A stretch of DNA of 64,000 nt from a virus (IMGVR_UViG_2921119228_000004:13876-77875), one strand, 5' to 3'; positions 46,806 to 56,891 are shown, counted from the stretch's first letter. Translations and numbers: made by a program. The notes: a model not told the origin generated them from the sequence alone.

Positions 46806-48233
46806 TTAAATAACTCCTAATCTTGCTTCTATATCATCTGGTATATCATACTCGTTATAGTCAAACCAACAGCGCATTAAAAACACATCTCGCCAGTCTG
46901 GAGAACATCTAATTTCCTGCTTGATTTCCTCTTTCGGTTTTAGCTTTAATTTGCCTTCTCCGTCCACATCCCATGTTTGCAACTGCTCCAGTTCAAGGAT
47001 AATTTGCTCTTTGTCTGCCGAGCTTAACAGTTCCTCATTGATCCCAATCTCTGAGGCGTTTATGTGTTCTGCCAGCTTGTAACCGCATTGTGTTTGCAAG
47101 TTCTGGTAGTTCTCATCCTTTAAAGCACGACTGTTATTTACAAAGCCTTGTATGTCGCAATTATCCACCACGCCACCGCCTACACCGTCCTCATCAGCGA
47201 TACACCGCCATTTAGGTATTCTGTACTTTTTCTGGAAGTGTTGAATACATTTCTGTATGTCCGTAGTTTTACTTAGTGGAAAGCATTTTAAGTCTATGAT
47301 CGTATAACCATCCCAAACGCAAATCCGGGCGTAATCGGATCCAAATCGGGCTATATCTGCCGTTAGATAGTTCCTGCCGTTAGTTATGGATAACAGATTA
47401 TTAAAAATGGCTGTGATCGCATCGTGAGAACAAAGCGCATTGGGGTTATCGTCATATTCCCAGTTACCCTTTAACAAACGCTCTCTTTTAACCTTATCTT
47501 TGGTTGTTCTCAAACCTTCTATGTAGTCTGGATCTATGAAGGGGTTTTCTTGTACCAAACAACCCAGATAGTACATATACTCAGGAAGTGTACCTTTCTT
47601 GAATGGAGTGTAAAAGGTATCATACATCCAGTTCTTTTTAGGGTTACACGTGATAAACAACTTTCGTTTTAACCCTAACTCATTATTCAAGTGGCGACCT
47701 ACACGAGTTTTAAGAGTGTCATAAGCACCAAAGTTTACTTCTCCACCTTCTTCTATCCAACCGCCAGTATATTCTATAGATCCGTATCTTTCATAAAAAG
47801 GATCTCCAGGCTTATACATCAAGTCCAGCAAATCTATACGGGATCCGTTGTAAAATTCTATATAGTTATACTGCCCATTGTATTTGTATAAAGTATCTTC
47901 TACTCCGTATTGGTTACAAACCTTATAGAAAGTTATTAAGGTAGATTGGGTAATACGCTTCAACTCAGCCCGACCAATAAACCATTTGGAACCTGGATAA
48001 CAAAGGCACATAAAAAGAAGCCAGGCAGCACCAGTCCATGACTTAGCACCACCAGCACCACCGCCATACAAAAACTCTGCGTGTTCATTGTCGGTAAGGA
48101 TCTTCAAAGCCTTTTCCTGCTTTTCGTGCTTCTTTCCATCCTTAACAGTAATGAAGTCAAAACAGCCACGTTTAAACAGCTCTATTTTGACTGCAAGAGC
48201 CATTGGTATTTGTATGTTTTTATTTTTTGCCAT
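46806..48233 (-). CDS. terminase large subunit
   Basis: Walker A GGGAGGAKS, IEEGGE, TCNP, nuclease ADIAR...PDWRD. Confidence 0.95.
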   Translation of the reverse strand: MAKNKNIQIPMALAVKIELFKRGCFDFITVKDGKKHEKQEKALKILTDNEHAEFLYGGGAGGAKSWTGAAWLLFMCLCYPGSKWFIGRAELKRITQSTLITFYKVCNQYGVEDTLYKYNGQYNYIEFYNGSRIDLLDLMYKPGDPFYERYGSIEYTGGWIEEGGEVNFGAYDTLKTRVGRHLNNELGLKRKLFITCNPKKNWMYDTFYTPFKKGTLPEYMYYLGCLVQENPFIDPDYIEGLRTTKDKVKRERLLKGNWEYDDNPNALCSHDAITAIFNNLLSITNGRNYLTADIARFGSDYARICVWDGYTIIDLKCFPLSKTTDIQKCIQHFQKKYRIPKWRCIADEDGVGGGVVDNCDIQGFVNNSRALKDENYQNLQTQCGYKLAEHINASEIGINEELLSSADKEQIILELEQLQTWDVDGEGKLKLKPKEEIKQEIRCSPDWRDVFLMRCWFDYNEYDIPDDIEARLGVI

Positions 48234-48687
48234 TCATTTTTTCCAATAGTCCATGATAAACCAAAAGATCTTCGGTTGAAAGTTTGGATAGATCCGGCTC
48301 CAGTCCACCAGACACATTAGCGTTTATATCCCCTTCTATCGGTTGGGCTGCTTTGCCAAAAATTCTATCGAATATCATTTCAACCGTTGAAGTCCGACCA
48401 AAGCGAATATCTGTGAAGATTGCACTGATAATATTGCACACCCAAATAGGAGTAGTGCTATCTTCTCTGTTTGCGTCAGCCATGATTTTATTTAGCTCTC
48501 CTTTGGAGCGTTCAAGAAGAAACCGAATTGTTTTATAATAGTCCTCTTTGCTCAGCTCATAATCTACTTTTTTACCTGTAAGCTCTTTGAGCTGTTTATA
48601 CATTGAGGGCTTCCGACCATTTTTCTTTGGCTGGTTTTCGCTTGTGAATCTATTCCCTATGTTATTGCCTTTCTCAAAGAGTGCCAT
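48220..48687 (-). CDS. terminase small subunit (start likely MALFEKG)
   Basis: GNRF..ENQP..GRKP N-terminus directly upstream of TerL. Confidence 0.75.
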   Translation of the reverse strand: MALFEKGNNIGNRFTSENQPKKNGRKPSMYKQLKELTGKKVDYELSKEDYYKTIRFLLERSKGELNKIMADANREDSTTPIWVCNIISAIFTDIRFGRTSTVEMIFDRIFGKAAQPIEGDINANVSGGLEPDLSKLSTEDLLVYHGLLEKMNGKK

Positions 48688-48791
48688 TCCGTTGTTTATT
48701 CGTTGTTTTTTGGCGTATATATACACCAATTAAGGAAAGAAAAAATCAGATAGGAACTCCCACCTGATTAATTCTTTACCTGGTTAATTTA

Positions 48792-49031
48792 TCATTGTTC
48801 CTTTTGTTCCTGCTCTTGGTACTTTGCCCAAAACCAGGCTATCATATCACCGTTGTAGTTGTCTATGTAATCATCTACAGCGTCCAACTCATCCGATAAT
48901 GCTTCGGCTTTGTCTATTACGTCATTGAAGGCTTCTTGTTCTTCTTCCGTAGCCATAAACGGATCGTACTTTTCATTTAGCTGCTTTTGAATAAGCTGCT
49001 TTTGCAAATCGGTTAATTCTATTTTATCCAT
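48792..49031 (-). CDS. acidic hypothetical protein
   Basis: 79-aa ORF with own TAnnTTTG at 49058-49065. Confidence 0.65.
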   Translation of the reverse strand: MDKIELTDLQKQLIQKQLNEKYDPFMATEEEQEAFNDVIDKAEALSDELDAVDDYIDNYNGDMIAWFWAKYQEQEQKEQ

Positions 49032-49067
49032 AGCTCAATATTTTATTGCGTTTTCCGCAAATATACG

Positions 49068-49679
49068 TTATAATTTATACTTCTTGATTATATCTTTAGC
49101 TGCTTTTGTGTACTTATCTCCCTTACCATGAACGGCTTTTGTACATACTTCTGCCCAGAACTCGTTTACATTGGTTTTGGCATATTTACCATAACCTTGT
49201 TTCGACTTATCATTACCCCATTTCTTATAAAGGCTGTTTATGCTTTTACTTGCTGCCTTTGCATTGGGGCTTGTTAAATGGTTGTTCCAAGTTGCGTGCG
49301 CCAGCTCGTGAGTAACAATATGTGCTACTGGCTTGTTGGTTTTCGTCAAGTGTCCGCTTTTGTAGCCTTTTTCAGCCCATTTAGCAACGCTTTGGGTTGT
49401 GGTGTTTTTCCCATTGAAAACGGATTTATTCAAAACGACTTGTTTAGATACTCCATTTTGGGAAATATGCACCCCACCCGTACCAGCCTCCAGTTGCCCG
49501 ATCTTAATATCTTTCTGTCTTACTCCCAAAACAGAGTGAAAACGTGAGATACTTTCTTTTACAGTCTTGTACACCTTCGGGTTCTTAATTGAAGCCAAAG
49601 GTTCCAGTTTGCCTACCGTACCTTTGTAGTTTGAATCGCCATTCGGCAAACCTCCATTACTTCCGCTTGTTTTTGCCAT
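49068..49679 (-). CDS. basic protein with HExxH zincin-like motif
   Basis: IVTHELAHA and NEFWAE. Confidence 0.65.
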   Translation of the reverse strand: MAKTSGSNGGLPNGDSNYKGTVGKLEPLASIKNPKVYKTVKESISRFHSVLGVRQKDIKIGQLEAGTGGVHISQNGVSKQVVLNKSVFNGKNTTTQSVAKWAEKGYKSGHLTKTNKPVAHIVTHELAHATWNNHLTSPNAKAASKSINSLYKKWGNDKSKQGYGKYAKTNVNEFWAEVCTKAVHGKGDKYTKAAKDIIKKYKL

Positions 49680-50775
49680 CTTTTTTTGAACTTTTATCGT
49701 TAATAAAGTCCTGGACGTAAACCAGGCTGTTATCTATGCAAAACTTTCTGATCTCATCACCACCGCCATACACAAGCAAGTTAGGAGTTTGCAAGCCGGA
49801 TATTTCTTTGGCTACTTCAAGCTCTCCTTTCAGATATTCCAACCGACCAGCATAGCCACGAGTGAAAAAAGCGTTATACCCTTTTGGTAAGCCCAGTTTA
49901 TTATACTCTTTGAACTTCACAGAAACATTCAGATCTGCGTACACCTTGATACCGCACTCTTGAAAGTATCGGCTTATCCAACGTTTCTTGTAAATCTGTT
50001 GTAAACCGTAAGCTATCGGGGTTGTATCGTAAACGGAAAGGTTCGGCTCTACCAACGCTTTTACACCACTGGTTAGCACCTTGATCGGATCTTTCCAAAT
50101 AGCTTCAAAGCGATAATCATCTACATAGAAGTGGTAAGTAGCAACATCTTTCCTTAATCGGCTATCAGCTCCCCAGGGGGCAAAAGGCAAAAGAAGTTTT
50201 CCGGCTTGTTCTTCCAGCAACAAATTAGGAATGTCAAACTCATTATTGCTCTCATACAAACAATCGTTAAGCATGGATCTGTAAAAATCCTCTTTTTCAT
50301 CCGCTATCGGATCATCTTCCGAGCCTTCCTCTTTCTCGTTGTCCTCTTGTTCTTCATCGGCTGCTTCCTCATCTTCCGGCTGTTTATCCTCTACTGGAAT
50401 ATCTAAACCGATAAAAGAGAAATCAGCCTTGTTGCTCCAATCTCCAAGCTGTAGCTTTTCAAAATCCCATTCACCATTGTTGATGTTATCCCTTAGAACT
50501 ATATCCGCTTCCTGCTCTTCGGTCAGGTTGTGGTACAAGATTGTCGGCACTTCCGATATTTTCAGCTTCTTTGCAGCCTTTATCCGTTGGTGTCCTGCCA
50601 GTACATATAACTTTCCTTCACGCTCAGATAAGGCAATAGGGCGGTGCTTCCAGAAACCATTTATGCGGATGGAATCTACCAAACGCTCTAAATCTCTCTT
50701 GCTTATCTTTCGTGGGTTATCATCCAACAGAGTTAGATCCGAGATTTTACGGTAAACAATCTCTATCTCTTCCAT
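49657..50775 (-). CDS. ParB/Srx N-terminal domain plus DUF4417-like C-terminal domain (start likely MEEIEI)
   Basis: DNPRKI..LAGHQRIKAA..DN (ParB); HFYVDDYRFE..VEPNLS..(DUF4417-like). Confidence 0.7.
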   Translation of the reverse strand: MEEIEIVYRKISDLTLLDDNPRKISKRDLERLVDSIRINGFWKHRPIALSEREGKLYVLAGHQRIKAAKKLKISEVPTILYHNLTEEQEADIVLRDNINNGEWDFEKLQLGDWSNKADFSFIGLDIPVEDKQPEDEEAADEEQEDNEKEEGSEDDPIADEKEDFYRSMLNDCLYESNNEFDIPNLLLEEQAGKLLLPFAPWGADSRLRKDVATYHFYVDDYRFEAIWKDPIKVLTSGVKALVEPNLSVYDTTPIAYGLQQIYKKRWISRYFQECGIKVYADLNVSVKFKEYNKLGLPKGYNAFFTRGYAGRLEYLKGELEVAKEISGLQTPNLLVYGGGDEIRKFCIDNSLVYVQDFINDKSSKKDGKNKRK

Positions 50776-50776
50776 G

Positions 50777-51199
50777 TTAAACCTCCTTTTCAAATTCAGG
50801 AATACGGGCAATCTTTCTGAAAGCCTCCACAAAGCGCATCAACAGATAAAGTTTCCGCTTCCCTAAAAACATAACCTTATGCCCGTCCGTCATTCTGCCT
50901 ACAGCATAAAATTTTCCTCTATAATGCAATGGCAACGGGAATTTATCATATACATAGATACAACCGTTCTCTATACTCGTGATCGTTGCCACCCTATTAA
51001 ACTTACCATCCAGATATACGGTAATAGATTTACCTGGTGTAATCGGATCATACGGTAGGAAAAGATTTGCAAAGTGCATAGCGGTAATGAATACCGCTAA
51101 AGCACCTGCTACTATAAAGATAGTTGTCGTAATAGTCATAATATCAATGTTATCAATTAATGCAAAGATATAAATTTTGGTGTATATATACACCAACAA
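50777..51199 (-). CDS. hypothetical membrane-anchored protein
   Basis: N-terminal TM; real start probably at the internal MTIT. Confidence 0.55.
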   Translation of the reverse strand: MLVYIYTKIYIFALIDNIDIMTITTTIFIVAGALAVFITAMHFANLFLPYDPITPGKSITVYLDGKFNRVATITSIENGCIYVYDKFPLPLHYRGKFYAVGRMTDGHKVMFLGKRKLYLLMRFVEAFRKIARIPEFEKEV

Positions 51200-51213
51200 A
51201 GAGCAAAAAACAT

Positions 51214-51654
51214 CTAAAAGCCAAATACTAACATGGCAGCATCCCTACTATGCTCGTTGGTTTGCTTTTTCCATCCCGTAAGCTGCTTGAAATATTCCTG
51301 GCTCATCTTTGTTATATTCCGTTTAGGAGCAACCATTTCAAACTCAACACCAAGTTCGGTAAGGTAATCTTCCCAAATTGTAGCATCACGTTTTACGGAT
51401 CCTACACCTTGTAGCCTCTTCCGTTCCTCTTCACGTGTCATTCTCTCTGTACCAAACCAGGTGCGTTGTCGTGGATCTTCCACTCTTACTATGATTTTAT
51501 CGCCTACACCCGTCTTTTGCATATCCGCATAAGACTGAACAACCGCCATAGCCCTATGAATAGGCATTTGTTTTACCATTTCCAAAGAACGCTTTCGGTT
51601 ATCCCAGATAGCAATCCCGGTATGTACACCTGTATCAATCCCTATATAGATCAT
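51214..51654 (-). CDS. RuvC-like Holliday junction resolvase/endonuclease
   Basis: YIGIDTG, RVEDPR, EHSRDAA acidic RNase H-fold residues. Confidence 0.75.
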   Translation of the reverse strand: MIYIGIDTGVHTGIAIWDNRKRSLEMVKQMPIHRAMAVVQSYADMQKTGVGDKIIVRVEDPRQRTWFGTERMTREEERKRLQGVGSVKRDATIWEDYLTELGVEFEMVAPKRNITKMSQEYFKQLTGWKKQTNEHSRDAAMLVFGF

Positions 51655-52043
51655 TCTTTCCCTTCCTCAAATTCAACATCTGTCGTATCGCTAAAAGATC
51701 CTGGAATCTGATAAAGCACTACGGTATTATCGCTAATCTGCTGTTCCCTTGAAGGCATTAGCATTGTCATAAGACAATTATTCGGAGCGTATTTATAGCG
51801 AATCTCCTTAATCATTGGCAAACCTATAGGATGTTGGCTGTGAATAGCAACGCTCAGAAGGTTATCAGTCATTTCAACTTTGACAATAGCGCAACCATGA
51901 AGAAATGTACCAAACCGATATTCCCCGAACTCATCTTTTGTAAACGGATCGCTTTTTGCAGTTGATTCAAGTTCTTTTATAAACTCCGGGTTAAGTTTCT
52001 TCTTTTTCCAATACTGAGGAAGTTGAATATTAATCTTTTCCAT
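51651..52043 (-). CDS. hypothetical protein (start likely MEKINI)
   Basis: Avoids overlap with the exonuclease gene. Confidence 0.6.
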   Translation of the reverse strand: MEKINIQLPQYWKKKKLNPEFIKELESTAKSDPFTKDEFGEYRFGTFLHGCAIVKVEMTDNLLSVAIHSQHPIGLPMIKEIRYKYAPNNCLMTMLMPSREQQISDNTVVLYQIPGSFSDTTDVEFEEGKE

Positions 52044-52047
52044 AACA

Positions 52048-52620
52048 TTACATTTTATATGGTGAAACAATATCGTAAATAGATTTGCATACTTGAATGT
52101 CATACAAGGCATCATGTAGCCGGCTTTCGTCTATTTCTATACCGAGTGCCTTTGCTACAGTTCCTTGCTTGAAATTTTCCATCTGTGAGCGTTGAGAAGC
52201 CAGATAAGGAGTTGCCAAAACCATTACATCTATAGAATTACTCCAGAAGTAAGATCCGAAATATTTATCCCCATTCTGTAAAAACCATGCACGGAGAAAC
52301 TGGTTATCAAATGAAGCATTATTATAACCAGCAAGGAAAAACTTATCCTGCTTATTGTACTTATCCACGTATTTGTTCAAAATAGCCGTAAATTGTCCGT
52401 ACACATACCCCATTGCCGGATAAGATAGAATCTGCTCTTTGGTTACACCAGCCACATCTAAAGCCTCTTGCACTATTTCCGCTTTAGGGTTAGGCTGTAC
52501 CTTGAAATCAAAGGTTTCTTTTACTTCACCGTCTATAACGATCATACCGCTAATTTGGTGGATCCCATGTTTGTTTACTAACGTTCCTGTAGTTTCCAGG
52601 TCAAAAAACACTACTTTCAT
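52048..52620 (-). CDS. DEDDh 3'-5' exonuclease (DnaQ-like)
   Basis: FFDLETTG, AGYNNASFD, LHDALYD. Confidence 0.9.
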   Translation of the reverse strand: MKVVFFDLETTGTLVNKHGIHQISGMIVIDGEVKETFDFKVQPNPKAEIVQEALDVAGVTKEQILSYPAMGYVYGQFTAILNKYVDKYNKQDKFFLAGYNNASFDNQFLRAWFLQNGDKYFGSYFWSNSIDVMVLATPYLASQRSQMENFKQGTVAKALGIEIDESRLHDALYDIQVCKSIYDIVSPYKM

Positions 52621-53435
52621 TTACTCAATTTTTTATATTGTTTCATTGCATTACTCAAACTCTCTGTTTTATCCAGAAGGATAGCCAGCTTATCCACATC
52701 TACCATAACACCGCCATCCAGATAAGCCCACACCTTACGGAGTGCCTGAGCTATCTCTTTGGCTTCCTTAGCCTCTTTCTGTACAGCGTTAATCTCTTTA
52801 TTGGTAACAGTCCTTTTCCCTTGCTTTTCGGCTAATTCTACGGCTTTTCTCGTGGCGTTTACTTGTTCCTCTTCCGTATCGTAATTGGCTACAATGTCCT
52901 TAGCAGCAGAAGCCGATATTTGTTTGTTTATAATACGTTCCTGAATCTCTATAGGGAGATCCATTAGGGATAAACATTTACTCACAAAAGCCGGAGATTT
53001 TTTAAACTTTTCAGCTATCTCATTTTGGGTATATCCGAACTCTTCTTTAAAGCGTTTGAACATGATACCGCATTCATATTCAGAAAAACGCTTTCCCTCA
53101 TTTCTCATCATTTGCTCGATTAGAAGCTCTTCCGTACTTGTGTCTTTAGGCAGCTTCAAAGCCTTAATGTAAGGAATGTTTGTACCCTCTTCAATCGCAA
53201 GCATAGTAGCCCGATAGCGTCTTTCACCATCCACCAGCTTGTACCGTTCTATACCGTCCTCATCTTTGAAAGGAAGTACGGTAATAGGGTTAAGAACTCC
53301 TTTAACCTTGATTTGCTCCTTTAATTCCTCTAAATCGAAATCTCTACGAGCATTGAAATCATCCATTACCACTATGTTACGTGGATCTATCTGGAAAATA
53401 TCAGTTCTTTTTGTTGCATTAGTTTCCATAATCAT
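52617..53435 (-). CDS. ParB/RepB/Spo0J-family protein
   Basis: GVLNPI..LVDGERRYRA plus HTH. Confidence 0.9.
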   Translation of the reverse strand: MIMETNATKRTDIFQIDPRNIVVMDDFNARRDFDLEELKEQIKVKGVLNPITVLPFKDEDGIERYKLVDGERRYRATMLAIEEGTNIPYIKALKLPKDTSTEELLIEQMMRNEGKRFSEYECGIMFKRFKEEFGYTQNEIAEKFKKSPAFVSKCLSLMDLPIEIQERIINKQISASAAKDIVANYDTEEEQVNATRKAVELAEKQGKRTVTNKEINAVQKEAKEAKEIAQALRKVWAYLDGGVMVDVDKLAILLDKTESLSNAMKQYKKLSK

Positions 53436-53938
53436 TAATTTATTTTCCTTTCTACTGTTACTATTGTATCATTATGCCAGCCACCATGAGCTACGAGCAA
53501 TATTTCCATAATCTCAAAACCATATTTTTTGCCTATACCACCAGAGTTCCAACCACAAGTGATAACTATACCATCTTTTTTAACAATTCTGCTAATAGCT
53601 TCTTTTTGTTTACTCCAATATGAAGCCTGAGTAGTTTGCATATTTACTGTTATCCCTAATTTTTTATAGCATTCTGAAACTTGACGAGGAGAATATGGGG
53701 GATCATACAAAACAGTATCTATACTATTGGGAGCGAACATATTTAAAAAGTCTATAGCATCCATGTGGTAAGTTGTTTCAAATTGCGTATCTATATCATT
53801 AGTTATTGTAGCAATTCTGCTATTGTTAGCAAAAGGATCAATGATACACCCATGAGCATACTTTTCAATAATACTACTTATAGCTTTTATGTTAAAAGTT
53901 CTACTGTTAGGCATTTCCCAAACTCTTTTTATTTCCAT
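53435..53938 (-). CDS. amino (N6A/N4C) DNA methyltransferase-like protein, intact
   Basis: IDPFAN and VLYDPPYS motifs. Confidence 0.75.
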   Translation of the reverse strand: MEIKRVWEMPNSRTFNIKAISSIIEKYAHGCIIDPFANNSRIATITNDIDTQFETTYHMDAIDFLNMFAPNSIDTVLYDPPYSPRQVSECYKKLGITVNMQTTQASYWSKQKEAISRIVKKDGIVITCGWNSGGIGKKYGFEIMEILLVAHGGWHNDTIVTVERKIN

Positions 53939-53940
53939 TG

Positions 53941-54396
53941 TTAATACCTAAAATCTGTAAAATGAATAACTACACCTTCAAAAACATTCTCTTTGTTGTT
54001 CCCGAAAAACCATTCTACAAAGTCCTCCACGCTCAGACCATCATTTTTCGCTACTTCATGGATTGAAACTTTCTTGTTGTCTATCCATATTTCAGGGTAA
54101 GCATCCTCAGAGCTATATGTCATGGTTACGTGTTGCAGTCCGATTTTGGGTAATTGGGCTATTTCCTTTTGCTCCGAATTATACGGTCTGCCAGTCCATT
54201 CACGTATTGAAAGATATTTTTTACCAGAAACAATATCTTTATACCGTCCATTCCATACATTTTTTGCGTTGTATCGGATTGTATGGATCTTACTTTTGTC
54301 TTTCAGCTTCTTTTCAAAGTCTGTAGCCTCGCCAGCTTTGCTATGAGTTACGGGGAAAGACTTGCATAAGGTCAATATTACTTTTTTCTTTTCCAT
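53941..54396 (-). CDS. hypothetical protein (possibly ASCH/PUA-like)
   Basis: KIHTIR..W..P..NDGL..F..WF pattern. Confidence 0.5.
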   Translation of the reverse strand: MEKKKVILTLCKSFPVTHSKAGEATDFEKKLKDKSKIHTIRYNAKNVWNGRYKDIVSGKKYLSIREWTGRPYNSEQKEIAQLPKIGLQHVTMTYSSEDAYPEIWIDNKKVSIHEVAKNDGLSVEDFVEWFFGNNKENVFEGVVIHFTDFRY

Positions 54397-54397
54397 C

Positions 54398-54888
54398 TTA
54401 ATTGTTGAGTTTTATATATTTACCAGGTATATTAGAATATTCCAGTATTTTTGCGTTTTCCTCACCAAAGGCTATAAGAACGCTACCGCACCCTGGGCTA
54501 TCTCCTTGTGTACCATCTGGTCGATAGAATTTTATTCTACCCTTCACAAACATTATTGCGCTTGCATTTGGGAAAATGAGATCTTGAAACATCTTGCTAT
54601 CACAGCGATTAAAAAGCAATGCTATCCCGTTATTGTTCCTTACCATCTTTTCCACAAACCGCTCAATAAGAGGACGTGAATACGGAGGATTTAACCATAC
54701 TCTTACCCCCCCCCCCATTCAGTTTTTAAACCATCCTCAGAAGGCGTTATATGTCTTTTGGCGGTGTTCCACAAACGATTTTCAGGAGCGCATGGATCAA
54801 GATCAAAACTCCCTAAAGCGTCCACTATCCATTTGGGAGTGTACCACTCATCCGTTGTCTGCTTACTTCGTTCAAAACTCGTATTCAT
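54398..54888 (-). CDS. phage Dam-type N6-adenine methyltransferase frameshifted at a G11 tract (probably phase-variable, OFF as sequenced)
   Basis: DEWYTP..FDLDPCA..EDGL..W in the upstream part; WLNPPYS..FVKGRIKF in the downstream part; G9 or G12 joins them. Confidence 0.88.
54706..54716 (-). repeat. poly-G11 SSR
   Basis: 11 consecutive C on the + strand. Confidence 0.95.
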
Positions 54889-54907
54889 AATGTTTACTTG
54901 GTAAATT

Positions 54908-55471
54908 TTAATATTCCTTTCCGTGTTTATTTTCCCTACCTTCGTTGTAATACATCTTTTGCTCAATATGCCACAGTAAGTTAATTTTGAGAATTTCGGA
55001 TAATCTTCGTATCTGGTGAAGAGCATAGTTAATCTGTTCTTCCTGAGAATATTTATAGTTCACCAAATCTTTTACGATAGCATATATATTTTCTGTAAAA
55101 CTTTTCTTAGGAGTAACTACGTGTTGCAAACAGAATCTATTTAAATTCAGATTATTTGCTCCGGCAAGATCCAGTAATCGAATAGCAGCATCCGCTAATT
55201 CATCTTCTACTGTATCTTTCACATACTCTTCAAAGTTTTCTCTGAAATACTTGTTTTCATGGTGGAAAGTACGATCATCGAATATTGTTTCTTTTCTGTT
55301 GGCTGGTACTCTTGCAAACTTATTTCTTCTATGGGCGTTCACAGCTTCCATAAGCTCCGAAATAACCAGGCAAAGAAAGTGCTTATCGCTTGGTCTGCCT
55401 TCCCAAAATCCATGTTTTACAGCGTTGGAATGGGCTTTGTCTTTTAACTCGTTCCAATTTATCTCACTCAT
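54908..55471 (-). CDS. MazG-like nucleotide pyrophosphohydrolase
   Basis: LVISELMEAV and VEDELADAAIRLLD (ExxE/ExxD). Confidence 0.75.
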   Translation of the reverse strand: MSEINWNELKDKAHSNAVKHGFWEGRPSDKHFLCLVISELMEAVNAHRRNKFARVPANRKETIFDDRTFHHENKYFRENFEEYVKDTVEDELADAAIRLLDLAGANNLNLNRFCLQHVVTPKKSFTENIYAIVKDLVNYKYSQEEQINYALHQIRRLSEILKINLLWHIEQKMYYNEGRENKHGKEY

Positions 55472-56124
55472 TTTCTATAACTCTTGTTTTGGTAATAAAT
55501 ACGTTCAAACATTTCTTCCATCCGATCAGCTATTCTTATACCGTAACGTTCCCCAAAATCGGAATCTTTGAGATTGGAAGTTGCGATAGTGAATAACTGT
55601 CTATCATATCTGGCATAAAGCAGTTCTACCACTGGTGAGAACTCGTTACCCCAACTTTTTACACTTGCTGGTTCAGTTCCTATATCATCAATAAAAAGCA
55701 GTTCTTGATTTTTGAGCTTATTGAAGTACATAGGATCATTAGCCACATTTTTTGCCAAATCCAAAGCTGAAACCCGGAATACACCTTTTCGCTCACTGGA
55801 TATGGAGCTATTGTGTAGAATACCGATAAGGTTACAAATCGCCTTGCCTAAAGTAGATTTGCCGGATCCCACTATTCCATATAGCAGCAATCCTACTTTA
55901 TAATCGCCAGTAAGCCATTTTGCAGCCTTTTCTATTTTCTCCAGTGTTTCCTTATCTTCCTGAAACGGAATACGCCTTTTACGCACCTCATGCTGATAGC
56001 ACATAAGCAGCATTTCCTGAACCGTTTCCTTAGAATATCCTTCTATTCTAAATCGTGTTTCTGTAGTCGTTTCCAGTTGCCGTTCCAGGATCTTTTGAAG
56101 CTGATTCTTTATGTTTATATCCAT
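55468..56124 (-). CDS. DnaC/IstB-like helicase loader ATPase
   Basis: GIVGSGKST, LLFIDDIG, ATSNL, RIADRM. Confidence 0.9.
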   Translation of the reverse strand: MDINIKNQLQKILERQLETTTETRFRIEGYSKETVQEMLLMCYQHEVRKRRIPFQEDKETLEKIEKAAKWLTGDYKVGLLLYGIVGSGKSTLGKAICNLIGILHNSSISSERKGVFRVSALDLAKNVANDPMYFNKLKNQELLFIDDIGTEPASVKSWGNEFSPVVELLYARYDRQLFTIATSNLKDSDFGERYGIRIADRMEEMFERIYYQNKSYRK

Positions 56125-56830
56125 ACTTTTGTATTTCTTCGTTATATCTATTTACTACCCAGTTTAGTATGGCTCTATAGTCAGAACTATACTTTTTCCC
56201 TTTTGATCCTTTATAGTTATCAAGTATTTCAATCATCCGTTTGGCTCCTTCCTCAGAATATTCAGCGCATAACTTAGCGTATTCATCCCTTGTTAGTGTT
56301 ACGAACTCAGCATACTTGTATTTTTTTGCCTTCTCAGCCTTTTTTTGCTGCTCTGGCGTTAAAGGTGGTGGGCTTTCTTGTGGAAACAGTAAAACTTCCT
56401 GTTGCGGTTGTTGGGGCTGCTCTTGTAGGATCGTTTCTGCTTCTGCTTTTGGAATGAAAACCCTTGCCTTAGTGATCTCACCCCCTTTCTTACCTGCCAG
56501 CCTTCTTTTCTCACTTATCAGGTTGTCTTTTACCATACGCCTACTATAAATAGCTCCATCTTCCCGAACTTCACACACCTTGTTTTCTATCAAAGAATCC
56601 ACCCATTTAGAAGATCCTGAGCAATCCGTACCTATTATACGGGCTATATCTTCTTTCGTACAAGGCTGTCCGTTTGGCATAACCATAACACCACGTTCTA
56701 CACTTTCCCACATATAGCATAACATATCCATCCACAAACCCCTAACGTCTGGTGGAAGTACCCTTAATTCAGGACACCTCAACCAATCGCCAACATAGAA
56801 AGGCATAGGAGTTTCTTGTTTTCTTGCCAT
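56048..56830 (-). CDS. phage replication initiator (start likely MARKQE)
   Basis: MPFYVGDW..GLWMDMLCYMW N-terminus; upstream of loader. Confidence 0.75.
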   Translation of the reverse strand: MARKQETPMPFYVGDWLRCPELRVLPPDVRGLWMDMLCYMWESVERGVMVMPNGQPCTKEDIARIIGTDCSGSSKWVDSLIENKVCEVREDGAIYSRRMVKDNLISEKRRLAGKKGGEITKARVFIPKAEAETILQEQPQQPQQEVLLFPQESPPPLTPEQQKKAEKAKKYKYAEFVTLTRDEYAKLCAEYSEEGAKRMIEILDNYKGSKGKKYSSDYRAILNWVVNRYNEEIQKYGYKHKESASKDPGTATGNDYRNTI

Positions 56831-56891
56831 AGAGAGAATTTTTAAGGAAGCCGGGATAATTCCCAGCTTTCCTATAATCATGTTTGAACGG

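Noticed and set aside
54889-55026. N-terminal extension of the Dam-like ORF
   Set aside because: Overlaps the MazG-like gene on the same strand; MNTSF at 54888 is the plausible start.
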